Source: an uncultured Desulfobacteraceae bacterium
GTDB lineage: Bacteria; Desulfobacterota; Desulfobacteria; Desulfobacterales; JAABSP01
Assembly (NCBI GenBank): GCA_964431545.1
Contig: CAYSLC010000003.1
Span: 449-64,448, forward strand
Length of the DNA: 64,000 nt
Direction of reading: 5' to 3'
Below the pieces are notes generated by a model, which worked only from the letters and a program-made list of their open reading frames with translations, did no database searches and was not told the origin of the DNA. Made by a program: the position numbers and the translations under genes. Positions 1 through 9,351 of this stretch are shown here, one piece after another (position 1 is the first letter of the stretch; every line of letters begins with the position of its first letter).

Positions 1-105
1 ATCGATCTCCCGGGCGATGTGGGGAAAGAAGAATTCCATGAATTCCTGGAAATAAGCGCTCAGGATTTCTTTCCAGGGGCTGTCGTAGTCGTCTCGATTT
101 ACCAT
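1..105 (-). CDS. N-terminus of an Rpn-like/transposase_31-type 'DYDSPWKE' protein, running off the window edge
   Basis: Minus-strand ATG at 105 gives MVNRDDYDSPWKEILSAYFQEFMEFFFPHIAREID. The DYDSPWKE..YF.EF..FFFP motif is the typical N-terminus of this family. Not in the ORF track. Confidence 0.6.
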   Translation of the reverse strand, partial: MVNRDDYDSPWKEILSAYFQEFMEFFFPHIAREID

Positions 106-329
106 TGAATTGGGCTGATTTCCATATCCAGACCTTCGGGTTTCCAGCGAAAACGCCATTCTTTGAACCATTATAGAATCGGCCGTCGTCTCCGTCAATC
201 TTTTCGACATCTTTTGACAGCCGATTACACCGCCCTTTCCGCTTGTCTTCGGCGGCGCGTCCCGATGACGTCCACCACCGCCTCCCGCAAGGGCCGACGG
301 CGAGCGCGGTGGCTGGAGATGGACGGGCG

Positions 330-1544
330 TTAGGCCGCCCCCTGCTTCCAATTGATGAAGACCCCCGCGATGAGGGAAACGAAACCCACGAATATGAGCA
401 TGATCCCCCATTCGATCTGACTGTGGGGGCCGTTCCATATCCAGAGAACCAGGATTCCCAGGCACAGGGGGACCAGGGCCGCTATCAGCCGGAAATAGAA
501 GCCGACCACCACCAGCGCGGATACCGCCAGAACGCTCAGCCCCATTCCCGGCTGGGGAAACGGATACCGGTGCCAGCCCAGGGTTGACAGTGCCAGATAA
601 AAGGCAATGACGGCACCGACATAGAGCCGGTACCGATGCTGTTCCCATCCCTTCAGCAAAAAGGTGGTTCCGGAAAACAGGGCGGTGATCCAGAAAAGCT
701 GCGGTCGGGTCAGGGATACCGCCATTGCGATGGCAAGGCTCATCCATGTACTCTCCTCTCTTTCCGAAAGACCCGGCACAAAGGAGAGGATCACGAGAAA
801 CGGCGATAGATGGGCGATATTGACGCGGATATCCAGAACCGGCAGCCATGATCCGAACAGGTGGTAGAGATATGCCCCGGCCCATATCAGCCATGCGGCT
901 TTGACCGAACGGTCCAGAACGGTCTTGCCCCAGTCATCGAGATCATCCTCATCCGCCACGGCTGTCGGGAACCAGAGGACGGCAAACGCGAGGGCCGCGC
1001 CGTACCATGTCAGAAGATAATGCGCCGTCAGCGCCGTATCCGGGCTGCCGATATTGGCTTTTACGATATAGGGCGCGATCCCCACCCCGAGCGCGGCAAG
1101 GACCGGAATGGAAAAAAAACGGGGCGACGCCTTCAGACGGAAAATCCACGTCAATGCCTTCAGCTTCAGCGCGAATACCGCGATCCAGAGGAAGGTCCAG
1201 AGTGGGCCGTAAGCGGCAAAGGAGAGGTGTTCGGTCTGGAAGGTCAGATCGAAGATCAGTACGACTTCGATCAGGCCGAGGATCACCGCCGGACGGCGCT
1301 GCCCGGTTTTCCGGTAGAGGATGAAACTCCCCGCCAGCAAGAGGATTTCATACAGTTCGATGACGCCGGTCAGCAGGACCTGGCCGTCCATGAACAGGTG
1401 CCGTTGAACCTGGGGGATCCGGGTCAACCCCCTGGATACGAGGAAGACGCCGAAGATGAAGCATAAGGCACTGAAAAAATACAGGGGATTGTAAAGGACA
1501 AAGCACCGGTGCAATTGGGATTTGAATCGACCATTGAGATCCAT
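330..1544 (-). CDS. Uncharacterised polytopic membrane protein (~404 aa)
   Basis: The ORF 330..1631 has an AGGAGG RBS before ATG 1544 (MDLNGRF). About 12 hydrophobic segments. No family recognised. Confidence 0.75.
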   Translation of the reverse strand: MDLNGRFKSQLHRCFVLYNPLYFFSALCFIFGVFLVSRGLTRIPQVQRHLFMDGQVLLTGVIELYEILLLAGSFILYRKTGQRRPAVILGLIEVVLIFDLTFQTEHLSFAAYGPLWTFLWIAVFALKLKALTWIFRLKASPRFFSIPVLAALGVGIAPYIVKANIGSPDTALTAHYLLTWYGAALAFAVLWFPTAVADEDDLDDWGKTVLDRSVKAAWLIWAGAYLYHLFGSWLPVLDIRVNIAHLSPFLVILSFVPGLSEREESTWMSLAIAMAVSLTRPQLFWITALFSGTTFLLKGWEQHRYRLYVGAVIAFYLALSTLGWHRYPFPQPGMGLSVLAVSALVVVGFYFRLIAALVPLCLGILVLWIWNGPHSQIEWGIMLIFVGFVSLIAGVFINWKQGAA

Positions 1545-2049
1545 TTTGCCACCTCCTGGGTTGGTTGAGGATGATCGGATGTTTCTCACCTTTCCGGGTC
1601 CCAGCATATCGGGGCAAAAGGGGCAAATCAAGGAGAAAAACCAATATATTATATATATTTCAGTAGTTTATCAAGTGTTCCCCCATCTTTCGCCGTCTTT
1701 CATTTGGCCTCTCGGGGAAACTTTGGAAAAGTATGGAAAAGTCGGCGGCCGTCTACGGCGGCAAAACCCTTTCCATTCAATAATCCGGCGCTTCTTCCAT
1801 GCCGGGCGGGAAAAATTGCAAATTCGGGGTGCCGGACCCGCAGGCGTAGGTCCGGACCCTGGAAATGATTTTCGGCGAAAACGGGAATGGGGCCGGGACG
1901 AAACGGGGCGGCCCAATGTCGCCAGTTTAGCGGAACAACGGCGAAGACGTCACATCAGGTGGCGGATCTCGAGCCCTCCCATAACCTCGGGAGCATTACC
2001 CGTTTCTGAATCAGAAAGAACCAAGCCCGGACGATGCCTTTGGTCGGCA

Positions 2050-2093
2050 TCCGTCAAAGACCTCCGAGGTTTCAAAAACCATAGAGGTCTGGG
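2050..2093. repeat. Dispersed 44-bp palindromic repeat, copy 1
   Basis: TCCGTCAAAGACCTCCGAGGTTTCAAAAACCATAGAGGTCTGGG matches the reverse complement of 56599-56642 at 40/44 positions. Confidence 0.75.
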
Positions 2094-2174
2094 AGTTCCG
2101 CGCTTTCCTGTGACGGTTTCTGGTTTCCGCCAGTGGAACTGGGATTTCCCTTCAAGGGGATGCCGGGTCCAGAA

Positions 2175-2367
2175 AGCCCTGAAAGGGCGCCACATACCAG
2201 CCCAGGGCCAACGCCCTGGGACCAATGGTATTACGGTATAAGCCCTGAAAGGGCGTGACATCGAACCTTGGAGCCCTCGTTGATGTGACGCCCTTTCAGG
2301 GCTCGACGGGTTGTCACGCCGTACCCAGGGCGTTGCCCGTGGGCTGGTATGTATAACCCCGTTGGGG
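2175..2367. repeat. Nested REP-like palindromic cluster (GCCCTGAAAGGGC type)
   Basis: Inner arms 2241-2262 and 2282-2303 are 21/22 complementary. Outer arms 2175-2220 and 2324-2367 (CCCAGGGC..ACGCCCTGGG) are imperfectly complementary. Confidence 0.75.
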
Positions 2368-2771
2368 TATCCCTCCGAACGGAATTCTTCTCATGATATG
2401 CGGTCCCAGGAGCATTATCCATTTCTGAATCAGCAAAAACTTACTATCCACCAACCGTTCCTCGCAACCGAATCCTGGGTAAGGTGGAAATCAAGAAACG
2501 GGTAATGCTCCCAGTATCGACTGTTTCTTGTAGCCGCTGAAAACCCAAAAAGATAAAGCTTGAGTCCAAAGGCCGATCGATGTATGTCTGATGGATAGAA
2601 AAGCCATGCCGAGAAAGGTGTTTATCAACCTTGCGAATGATAGGATAATAGTGTAGATTGTTCCTACATAAAGGCTGTCGGCTTGGGTTTTGGAACCCAT
2701 CGATTTTAAAATGGATCGCCATAAGGGCGACTTCGCCGACGGCCATCGCCGGAAGGGGAATTTGACTCGTA

Positions 2772-3146
2772 ATGAAAGAGGAATTCCTGGAGAAAGCAAA
2801 GGAAAATCTCCAGTCCGCTGGAATCTGCTTCGAAAATGGTCTCTATAACGCCTGCGCGAACCGCGCCTATTACGCCGCATTTCAATCAGCCGTTTCAGCG
2901 CTCGCCGATCGGGGCATCACAAAAGAGAAGATCGAACATAAATGGGTTCAGGCTGAATTCAACGGCAGACTGATTGGGAAGCAAAAAGTGTATCCAGGTG
3001 GGATGAAATCCTATTTGATGAAAATGCAAACAGTCAGGGATCAGGCTGATTATTCCCACCAGAACGTGAATAAAAAGACCGCCCGGCGGCAAATCGGCAG
3101 AGCCGGCGAAATTGTCGCTTCGGTGGAAAAGGTACTGAAAAAATGA
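2772..3146 (+). CDS. HEPN domain protein (UPF0332-like), putative toxin
   Basis: LEKAKENL..A...YNACANRAYYAAF N-terminus and an R-x4-Y (RDQADY) motif. Confidence 0.85.
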   Translation: MKEEFLEKAKENLQSAGICFENGLYNACANRAYYAAFQSAVSALADRGITKEKIEHKWVQAEFNGRLIGKQKVYPGGMKSYLMKMQTVRDQADYSHQNVNKKTARRQIGRAGEIVASVEKVLKK

Positions 3147-3397
3147 TAAATTTTAAGCAGGAAGAGCTGATTCAGGAGCTAATGGCCCAGATCAGGGAAG
3201 AATTTCCAGAGGTTAATTTGATCAGCATCGTGGAACACCCTGAAGACCCGGAATCTTTATGGATCAACGTCACGGCGCCGGATGATGAAGACCGGGAGAT
3301 GGACCTGATCGAATTCGCAGGCGACAAGATCACGGATATCCTTCTGGACTATGGTTATCACATGCTGGTCATGCCCGTGCGAAAGAAAGCCGCATAA
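3143..3397 (+). CDS. Small acidic HEPN partner protein (MNT-like/putative antitoxin)
   Basis: 84 aa with an ATGA overlap onto the HEPN gene. Size and alpha/beta pattern resemble minimal nucleotidyltransferases, but there is no GS-x-DxD motif. Confidence 0.65.
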   Translation: MINFKQEELIQELMAQIREEFPEVNLISIVEHPEDPESLWINVTAPDDEDREMDLIEFAGDKITDILLDYGYHMLVMPVRKKAA

Positions 3398-3479
3398 ACC
3401 GCTGTGCAGCGCACCCCAGTCCATTCCAAACGAGAAGGGCGGACCAAAGAATTGAAATCGGTTTGGCCAAAAAACTGAC

Positions 3480-3590
3480 CAGTTGCTCATATCCGTCTGG
3501 AATATAAACGACGAGACTTGCAAGCCAGCCGATGGCGTCGAAGATTTTTTCGAACCTGCTTTTTCCGGATTGATATACGACCTTGGCCGA
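3480..3590 (-). pseudogene. IS91-family (Y2) transposase C-terminal remnant
   Basis: KVVYQSGKSRFEKIFDAIGWLASLVVYIPDGYEQLV resembles the KVVY.SK....K.FDALEWLA....HIP..GEQMV segment of IS91-type transposases. Confidence 0.55.
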
Positions 3591-3672
3591 GCCGAATGCC
3601 GTCTCCATGGGGCCGAAGTTGGTGAAATCCAGTCAGCCGCGCCCACCTTTTTCTCCGCCTTTGAGTAACGTC

Positions 3673-4086
3673 AGACGCCGGTTCAACCTCGCCTCCCGGA
3701 TAGAGGGAGCCAACAGACGGTACGGTACAGAGCTGATGATCTCCGAGGCGACCCTTCGGTCCCTGACCCCCGGAACCTTCCGGACCCGGATCCTGGACGT
3801 GGTCCGGGTGAAAGGGAAGTCCGAGGCGGTGCGGGTCCATGAGGTCTATGGATGGGAGGGGGACGGGATGGATCGGTCCGGGGAGACCTATTTCGAAACC
3901 TACGCGGCCGCCTTCGAGGCGTACCTCGCCGGGGATTTCGCATCCGCCCTCCGGGTCTTCCGGGAGGCCCTCTCCCTGAAGCCGGTGGATCCCGCCGCCG
4001 GGGAGATGATCCGGCGGATCGAATCGATCGATCCCGATGATCTTCCCCCGGACTGGGACGGCGCCGTCCGGTTGACGACCAAATAG
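3673..4086 (+). pseudogene. 5'-truncated class III adenylate/guanylate cyclase (C-terminal part only)
   Basis: NLASRIEGANRRYGTELMISE...RVKGK plus the TPR-like tail (WDGAVRLTTK). The catalytic N-terminal half of the cyclase domain is absent. Confidence 0.8.
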
Positions 4087-4173
4087 GCACCGGCAGCGTC
4101 GTCCGGCCTGCGGCGAGGTCGCCACCACCCCCTTGAAACGCACCCGGAACAGCACCGCGCAAAGCATCGGCAC
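4005..4173. repeat. Left copy of a ~170-bp imperfect direct repeat (cyclase 3' end + RND permease 3' end)
   Basis: Aligns by eye with 9352-9525. It contains the cyclase stop and a VPMLCAVLFRVRFKG copy of the RND C-terminus (VPVLYAVLFRLRFKG). Confidence 0.85.
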
Positions 4174-4272
4174 AAAGCCGTCGGGGAGGTTCGAGGCGGG
4201 AGAGCCGAACGGTATCGGGATCTCGGGGAGGTTGAGGCGGCAGGTGTGCTCCATTTTTTTCCTGTTCCGCTT

Positions 4273-5901
4273 TTACACCGGCTGTTCCGGGTCGGCAACA
4301 GGATCCGTTTCCACAAAAATCGGCGCAACGCTGACGCCGGAAGCGTCATCGTGATAAACAGCCGCCAGTCGTTGGCGGTTCTCTTTGTCGATGGTCTCGA
4401 TGAAAAAAATCAAATAAATCCGGTCCAGTCCCAATTGCACTGCGTATTTCGCGGCTCGGGAGAGGGCCTCGTGATAAGCATAGCGATCCTTGAAGGATTT
4501 CAGTTCAAGCGCGTACAGCACTTTCCCATATTGGATCAAGAGGTCGATTTTCCCGTTTCCTGTTGGAAACTCAGGAAAAACATAACCTCCTTTGTCCCGG
4601 AAAAATGCGTCAAGGTACATGTACAGATTGAAATGAAACACGGCTTCATAGATCCGCAGATCGGTTTTTCTCCGGGGCGCGTTCTTGAAAAGCCAGTCCC
4701 GGTTCTGAACAAGGTATTGCCGATACAATCGCATCAGCGCGGGGATATCGATTGAATCTCCCTTCACGACCGCTTCGATATCCGTCATGGGATCATACAG
4801 GTGATCCATGGTCCGGAAAATTTCCCGGGAAAAATAATTGAACAACCGTTTCTGCACAAAGGGGCTTGAGAATCGAACCGCGTTTTCGGTTCTGCTGATC
4901 TTTTCCCGGTCGATTACGCCGTTCATATACAGGAAATTTTGCAGTGGATCGTCGAACCGGAACGGCAGGATCTCCCTTGTTTTGAACAGCTCTAAAACCG
5001 TCCCCTTGTAAGGTTCCCGTCGAGCCTTGCTGATCATGTTCAGGACGTTGTTGTTGGGCAGCGCGCTCACCGCATCCGCGAAAACCATTTCAAAATCGTC
5101 CGGGGAAACGGGCCGGCTGCGATCCGGCGCATACCCTTCGTATCCTTCCGTCACCAATTCTCCGAACCAGGAAACCAGGCCGGGCTGACCTCGGGTTTCT
5201 TTGTAAATGCGTTCAACGACGACGGGGTCCACATGCTGCCCGCTTTCGTTTTCATACCATTGGAACATGGACTGGACTTCTTCAAAGGTCAGATTGGGAA
5301 TATGCAGGCTCCGCTGGACATTGAACGGAGAGCCTGTCACGTTTTCAATGCCAAGAACGCTTCTGACGCCGATGAGCGCGAGTCGGTGCAGACTCACGGC
5401 GCTTTCAAGACCGGGCGCCCCGGACGCCATCTGGCGTGTGATATAAATATCTCTGAATTCATTGGCGAATTTATTGATAAATGTTTCGTCGAGGGCATCG
5501 AATTCATCGATGGCCAATATCAGCGGTTTTTCAAAATAGCGATCCGAAAACAGATGCCGCAGATCTTTCCAGGCCGCGACCGGCCGAAAGTCCATGGCAA
5601 ACCATTCCGCCAGCTTTTCTACAAACAGTTCAAGAACGCCCCTGTCCGTCGTCTCGGTCTTGGCCGACTGCATGCTGATGAGGCCGACCTCGAACGATCC
5701 GGTCTCTCTGATCCTCCCGACCACTTCCCGCATCAACCCTGTTTTCCCGCACTGGCGAGGCGCCCAGACCGTGACGTAATGTCCGCCTTCATCCGGCGTT
5801 TCACCCGTCAGTCGAGCAAGGGTTTTCTCCACCAGTTCCGTCCGGGGAACGTAGTAGTGACGGTTTTTATTGACGGGACCATAGGATGAAAACTTCCGCA
5901 T
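4273..5901 (-). CDS. AAA-like (AAA_35-type) NTPase with C-terminal PD-(D/E)XK nuclease domain
   Basis: Start MRKFSSYGP with RBS AAGGAG. Walker A APRQCGKT, Walker B IDEFD, C-terminal PEFPTGNGKIDLLI...ALELK. Confidence 0.85.
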   Translation of the reverse strand: MRKFSSYGPVNKNRHYYVPRTELVEKTLARLTGETPDEGGHYVTVWAPRQCGKTGLMREVVGRIRETGSFEVGLISMQSAKTETTDRGVLELFVEKLAEWFAMDFRPVAAWKDLRHLFSDRYFEKPLILAIDEFDALDETFINKFANEFRDIYITRQMASGAPGLESAVSLHRLALIGVRSVLGIENVTGSPFNVQRSLHIPNLTFEEVQSMFQWYENESGQHVDPVVVERIYKETRGQPGLVSWFGELVTEGYEGYAPDRSRPVSPDDFEMVFADAVSALPNNNVLNMISKARREPYKGTVLELFKTREILPFRFDDPLQNFLYMNGVIDREKISRTENAVRFSSPFVQKRLFNYFSREIFRTMDHLYDPMTDIEAVVKGDSIDIPALMRLYRQYLVQNRDWLFKNAPRRKTDLRIYEAVFHFNLYMYLDAFFRDKGGYVFPEFPTGNGKIDLLIQYGKVLYALELKSFKDRYAYHEALSRAAKYAVQLGLDRIYLIFFIETIDKENRQRLAAVYHDDASGVSVAPIFVETDPVADPEQPV

Positions 5902-6086
5902 GGCACGCTCCTTGGTTCGTTTAACAAGCGGCATACACCGTCGGCAAAAATTCGGTGTCACCGATCAGGCGATGGACGGGTCGCTTGCCGGACAATGCCT
6001 CGCCGTTTTCCATGATGATGCGGACGCCTTCGCCGCGCTTTGTCCATGAGGGTTCGGCGGCCGGTGTCGACCCCGGACGACGCCGC

Positions 6087-7469
6087 CTATCCGCCCGCGG
6101 ATCGCAGAACCCGGGCGGTGGCATCCAGGTTGTCTCTCTCGGCCCAGTCCAGGGCGGTCATGCCCCTTTCGTCCTTTCCATTCACGTCGGCGCCGTATCG
6201 CAGCAAGAGCTTGACCATCTTATGTCTCCGCCACCGCACGGCCATGATCAGCGGCGTTTCTCCGCGCACCCCGCTATGGTGGTTGACGTTCGCCCCGGCC
6301 CGGATGCTCATCTCCACGCACTTGGCGTTTTGGCCGTACACGGAATTGGCGAGGAGACTGTTTGCATCGTATGACCGCCCCGGCGACATCATCAGTTTGC
6401 CCATCAGCTCCGCATGGCCGTGACTGGCGGCGTTACACAGGCCGCGGCCGAAAGCCTGGTCCCCCGTCTGTCCCGCCAAGGCCAGGGCGATGTCCGTGTT
6501 TCCGGACTTGCATGAATTGATAAACGCCTTTTCCACGTCGTTTTTTTCCGCTTGCGGCATCAGGGCGCGTGCGCGCCTCAAGTCTCCTCTTTCCACGGCC
6601 GCCTCCATTTCCCAGGAGATGTTTCGACCGCCGCCGGACCGCAGAAGCTCCGCCGTCTCCGAGCCTTGCCGCGCCGCTTTCAAGGCGTGGTCGATGGCGG
6701 CATTGGGAACACCCCGCGCCAGGATCAACTCCACCTTCTCGGTGTCGCCCCGGCCCCGACCCGCCGCCGTGCGAAGGGCGTCGGAAAGAATCACCGGATG
6801 GGGGTTGTCCGCCATCAGCATGCGGAAAATCTTCATGTTCGGTTTTCCCGCCGCGATGGAGAGGGGATGGGTGCTGTCCCAGACGTCCACCGCGTCCAGG
6901 CCGCCGGACACCGCCTTTCTGACGTTCACGTCCCCGCCGCCTTCGAGAAGCATCCGCACCATATCCACATCCTGGTTCCGCACCGCGACGGAGAGGACCG
7001 TGGGTGAGGAAGGCCGTACTATATATATACCGGTATGGTTGGTCGGCGGCGGGTAAAAAATGAACCCATTGGGATCCGCCCCGGCCCGGACCAACTCCCG
7101 CGCCTTTTCCAGGTCTTTCGCCGTTACCGCGCGGAGAAGCTTATGGGTCGGGGTTCCTTCCCGGTATCCCTTGGCCGCGCGGTCGAGCTTGAATTGATCC
7201 ATCTCCGCACCGGACAACGTCTTCCGCTCTTCCTCCCGGATTATCTCCTGGACCTGGCTCTGGTGGAAACTCATGGTCCCGCCGCCGCGGACGCATTTGA
7301 CCATGCTTCCCTCCTTCCAGATGCCGCTTGCCTCAACCCGCCGCCCGTTTTTCAGGACCAGCACGTCCGCGTGGGCGAAGGCGGCCGTGAGCAGAACCGC
7401 CGCCGCAACCGCCCCTATGTAACGCCGCAAACCAGCGCGGAAGGGATTGGCGTCCGTCCGTCTCGTCAT
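6087..7469 (-). CDS. Exported ankyrin-repeat protein
   Basis: RBS GGAGG before ATG 7469. Signal-like AVAAAVLLTAAFAHA. Ankyrin repeats (TVLSVAVRNQDVDMVRMLLEGG; ETPLIMAV..MVKLLLRYGADVNGKDERGMTALDWA). Confidence 0.85.
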   Translation of the reverse strand: MTRRTDANPFRAGLRRYIGAVAAAVLLTAAFAHADVLVLKNGRRVEASGIWKEGSMVKCVRGGGTMSFHQSQVQEIIREEERKTLSGAEMDQFKLDRAAKGYREGTPTHKLLRAVTAKDLEKARELVRAGADPNGFIFYPPPTNHTGIYIVRPSSPTVLSVAVRNQDVDMVRMLLEGGGDVNVRKAVSGGLDAVDVWDSTHPLSIAAGKPNMKIFRMLMADNPHPVILSDALRTAAGRGRGDTEKVELILARGVPNAAIDHALKAARQGSETAELLRSGGGRNISWEMEAAVERGDLRRARALMPQAEKNDVEKAFINSCKSGNTDIALALAGQTGDQAFGRGLCNAASHGHAELMGKLMMSPGRSYDANSLLANSVYGQNAKCVEMSIRAGANVNHHSGVRGETPLIMAVRWRRHKMVKLLLRYGADVNGKDERGMTALDWAERDNLDATARVLRSAGG

Positions 7470-7559
7470 ATGAAATTCTCCTCCAATAAAAAGTCCACAT
7501 AACATTTCTCAAACCAACATTTTGGTTAACGACACTACATAAAAACTCGCTTTTTGTCG

Positions 7560-7585
7560 ACGAAAATGCAACGAAAATGCAACGA
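7560..7585. promoter_or_regulatory. 11-bp tandem direct repeat upstream of the ankyrin gene (possible regulator site)
   Basis: ACGAAAATGCA x2 + ACGA, about 90 bp upstream of ATG 7469 in an AT-rich intergenic stretch. Confidence 0.3.
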
Positions 7586-7742
7586 GGTTTTCAAATGTGC
7601 TTCGTCGCGTCGGATTGCATCCCTCCACGGCTACGGCATATTGCGGTCGATGGGACGCGAGCCGGCGGTAAGGCTGCATGGCATAGGCGAATGGTCAAAG
7701 ATCGGCAAGGGATTGAACCAGTTTGGCAAAAAAACCAAGGCA

Positions 7743-9284
7743 CTAAGAAGCATCAATGGGATATCCGCCGTTGCTCGGCCTCCCGAATACCGTGGGGATG
7801 ATGTCGGTGATGATCCGCTTTCCGTCGATGATCTCTTCGGTGTGGATTTCATCGGCCTCGGTATGCTTGCGGCTAAAAACGACATAGAAACCTTCTTCCA
7901 GCCCCTCCGAAGCCAGATATGCGGCCAGTTGGCGCTTTCCCCGGTCGAAATAGTGCCGGTCCGTGTAGATCTTGGTTTCGATGACGTGCTTCTGATCTTT
8001 GTGCAGGATCAGGATGTCGGTTCTTCCCCGGCCCGAGGGAACCTCGATGAGGGTCTGTCCCCCGAGGCGTTCGATGAAAAAGTTGATGAAGCTGTCCAGG
8101 CTATAGTGCCAGGCGGCCTCTTTGAGGTTTTCGGTGTCGAATGCGCGGAAGCCTCTTCTGCGGACGTACTCCCGGTATCTTTTCAGAATGGCGCGGATGT
8201 TGAGAACCCCTTGGCTCACATATTCGGAAAAGGTGTCGTGCGCGGAGACATAGTGCTGGTGTTCGTCGTTGAAGAGCGGCTGGAATGCGGTGATCAGCCG
8301 TTTTGCATAGATCGGAACCGGTATGGCCACATTATCATCCACATTCTCCACAACACCGTTGGCATACAAATATGCGATGTCCGGATCATCCACCGTGAAG
8401 GGAACCGGTTCTTCCATGAACAGCAGCCGAAACATGAAAGGCTTTTTTGTGCGGGCCTTTTGCACGATGTTGATGATGTTTTTGTCAAACTTGCGCGTCA
8501 GATAGTGTTTCAAGGTTTTGTAGAAATCATCCATTTGGACCGGCTTTGAACGATCCGTCGCCACCGCATCCGTCAGATGCTCGCAGATGCCGCAGACAAG
8601 GCCGGGCTGCCCTTTTGTGTTTTCGTGGATGGCTTCGATCACATCGGCTGCAAAAGGCTGTCCCGATTCGGCCTCATACTGGCCGATGAGATCCTCGATT
8701 TCTTCGAAGGTGAAGTAGGGAAGCGTCAGCTCATCCGCGACATTGAAGGGCGAGGCATGGGAGACCACCAATTCCGCGAGGGTGCTGACGCCCACGAGGA
8801 TCATCGCCCGGAGGCAGTGGTCTCCTTTTTGATGGTAGAGCTTTCGGAAGGCGTGCATCAGCTCGCCCATGACGATATCGGGAATGCCCTCGAATTCGTC
8901 GATGATCAGAACAAGCGGATCGATCAGGGGCTCCAGTTCCTCGAAAAAGATCCCGAGGCTCACCTGACTGTTGACGGGAAGATCGAGAAAGACGCCGAAT
9001 TCCTTGATCCTTCGCTTCAACTGCCGGGAGAAATCGAGGTAGAACTCCTCCCGGGTCGCGGTCTTCAGATGCTCGAAGCTGACCCATATGGGGGTATAGG
9101 GCTCCTTTTTGAGTTCTTGGATCAGCAGTTGAAAGTAGGTGGTCTTGCCGGACTGGCGGGGCGCGAAGATGGTGAAGTAGCGGCCCCGCTCCACTTTGCG
9201 GCGGCCCTTTTCCATCAGCTTCTCCCGCAGGACGGTGTAGTGTTCGGCCGGGTTGCAGGGGCCGGTTGTGTTGAAATAGCGCAT
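7743..9284 (-). CDS. AAA-like NTPase with C-terminal PD-(D/E)XK nuclease domain (paralogue of 4273..5901)
   Basis: MRYFNTTGPC..HY N-terminus, Walker A APRQSGKT, Walker B IDEFE, C-terminal IEVPSGRGRTDILI...VIETK. Confidence 0.88.
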   Translation of the reverse strand: MRYFNTTGPCNPAEHYTVLREKLMEKGRRKVERGRYFTIFAPRQSGKTTYFQLLIQELKKEPYTPIWVSFEHLKTATREEFYLDFSRQLKRRIKEFGVFLDLPVNSQVSLGIFFEELEPLIDPLVLIIDEFEGIPDIVMGELMHAFRKLYHQKGDHCLRAMILVGVSTLAELVVSHASPFNVADELTLPYFTFEEIEDLIGQYEAESGQPFAADVIEAIHENTKGQPGLVCGICEHLTDAVATDRSKPVQMDDFYKTLKHYLTRKFDKNIINIVQKARTKKPFMFRLLFMEEPVPFTVDDPDIAYLYANGVVENVDDNVAIPVPIYAKRLITAFQPLFNDEHQHYVSAHDTFSEYVSQGVLNIRAILKRYREYVRRRGFRAFDTENLKEAAWHYSLDSFINFFIERLGGQTLIEVPSGRGRTDILILHKDQKHVIETKIYTDRHYFDRGKRQLAAYLASEGLEEGFYVVFSRKHTEADEIHTEEIIDGKRIITDIIPTVFGRPSNGGYPIDAS

Positions 9285-9351
9285 ATGTTTCTCCGATCGC
9301 TGTTTTTGTTCCCAAACATTTTTTCCGCGTTGGCGGAAACCCCGACGAAGG

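Larger units (their letters stand above)
1989..2512. mobile_element. MITE-like non-coding element with perfect 19-bp terminal inverted repeats
   Basis: GGGAGCATTACCCGTTTCT (1989-2007) and its exact reverse complement (2494-2512). A third imperfect copy lies at 2409-2433. No credible internal CDS. Confidence 0.5.

Noticed and set aside
1640-1662. AT-rich near-palindrome (AATATATTATATATATT) upstream of the membrane protein gene
   Set aside because: Low complexity. It cannot be distinguished from a generic promoter UP/AT tract.
1989-2512. Repeat cluster as a CRISPR array
   Set aside because: The repeats are inverted or nested and irregularly spaced, with no constant-length spacers and no cas genes.
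2444-2880. ORFs 2444..2746(-) and 2491..2880(-) as MITE cargo or transposase
   Set aside because: No transposase motifs. They overlap the terminal repeat and the HEPN gene antisense.
5955-6085. Possible gene fragment between the ankyrin and AAA genes (RIIMENGEALSGKRP)
   Set aside because: Too short, with no start or RBS and no motif I can assign with confidence.
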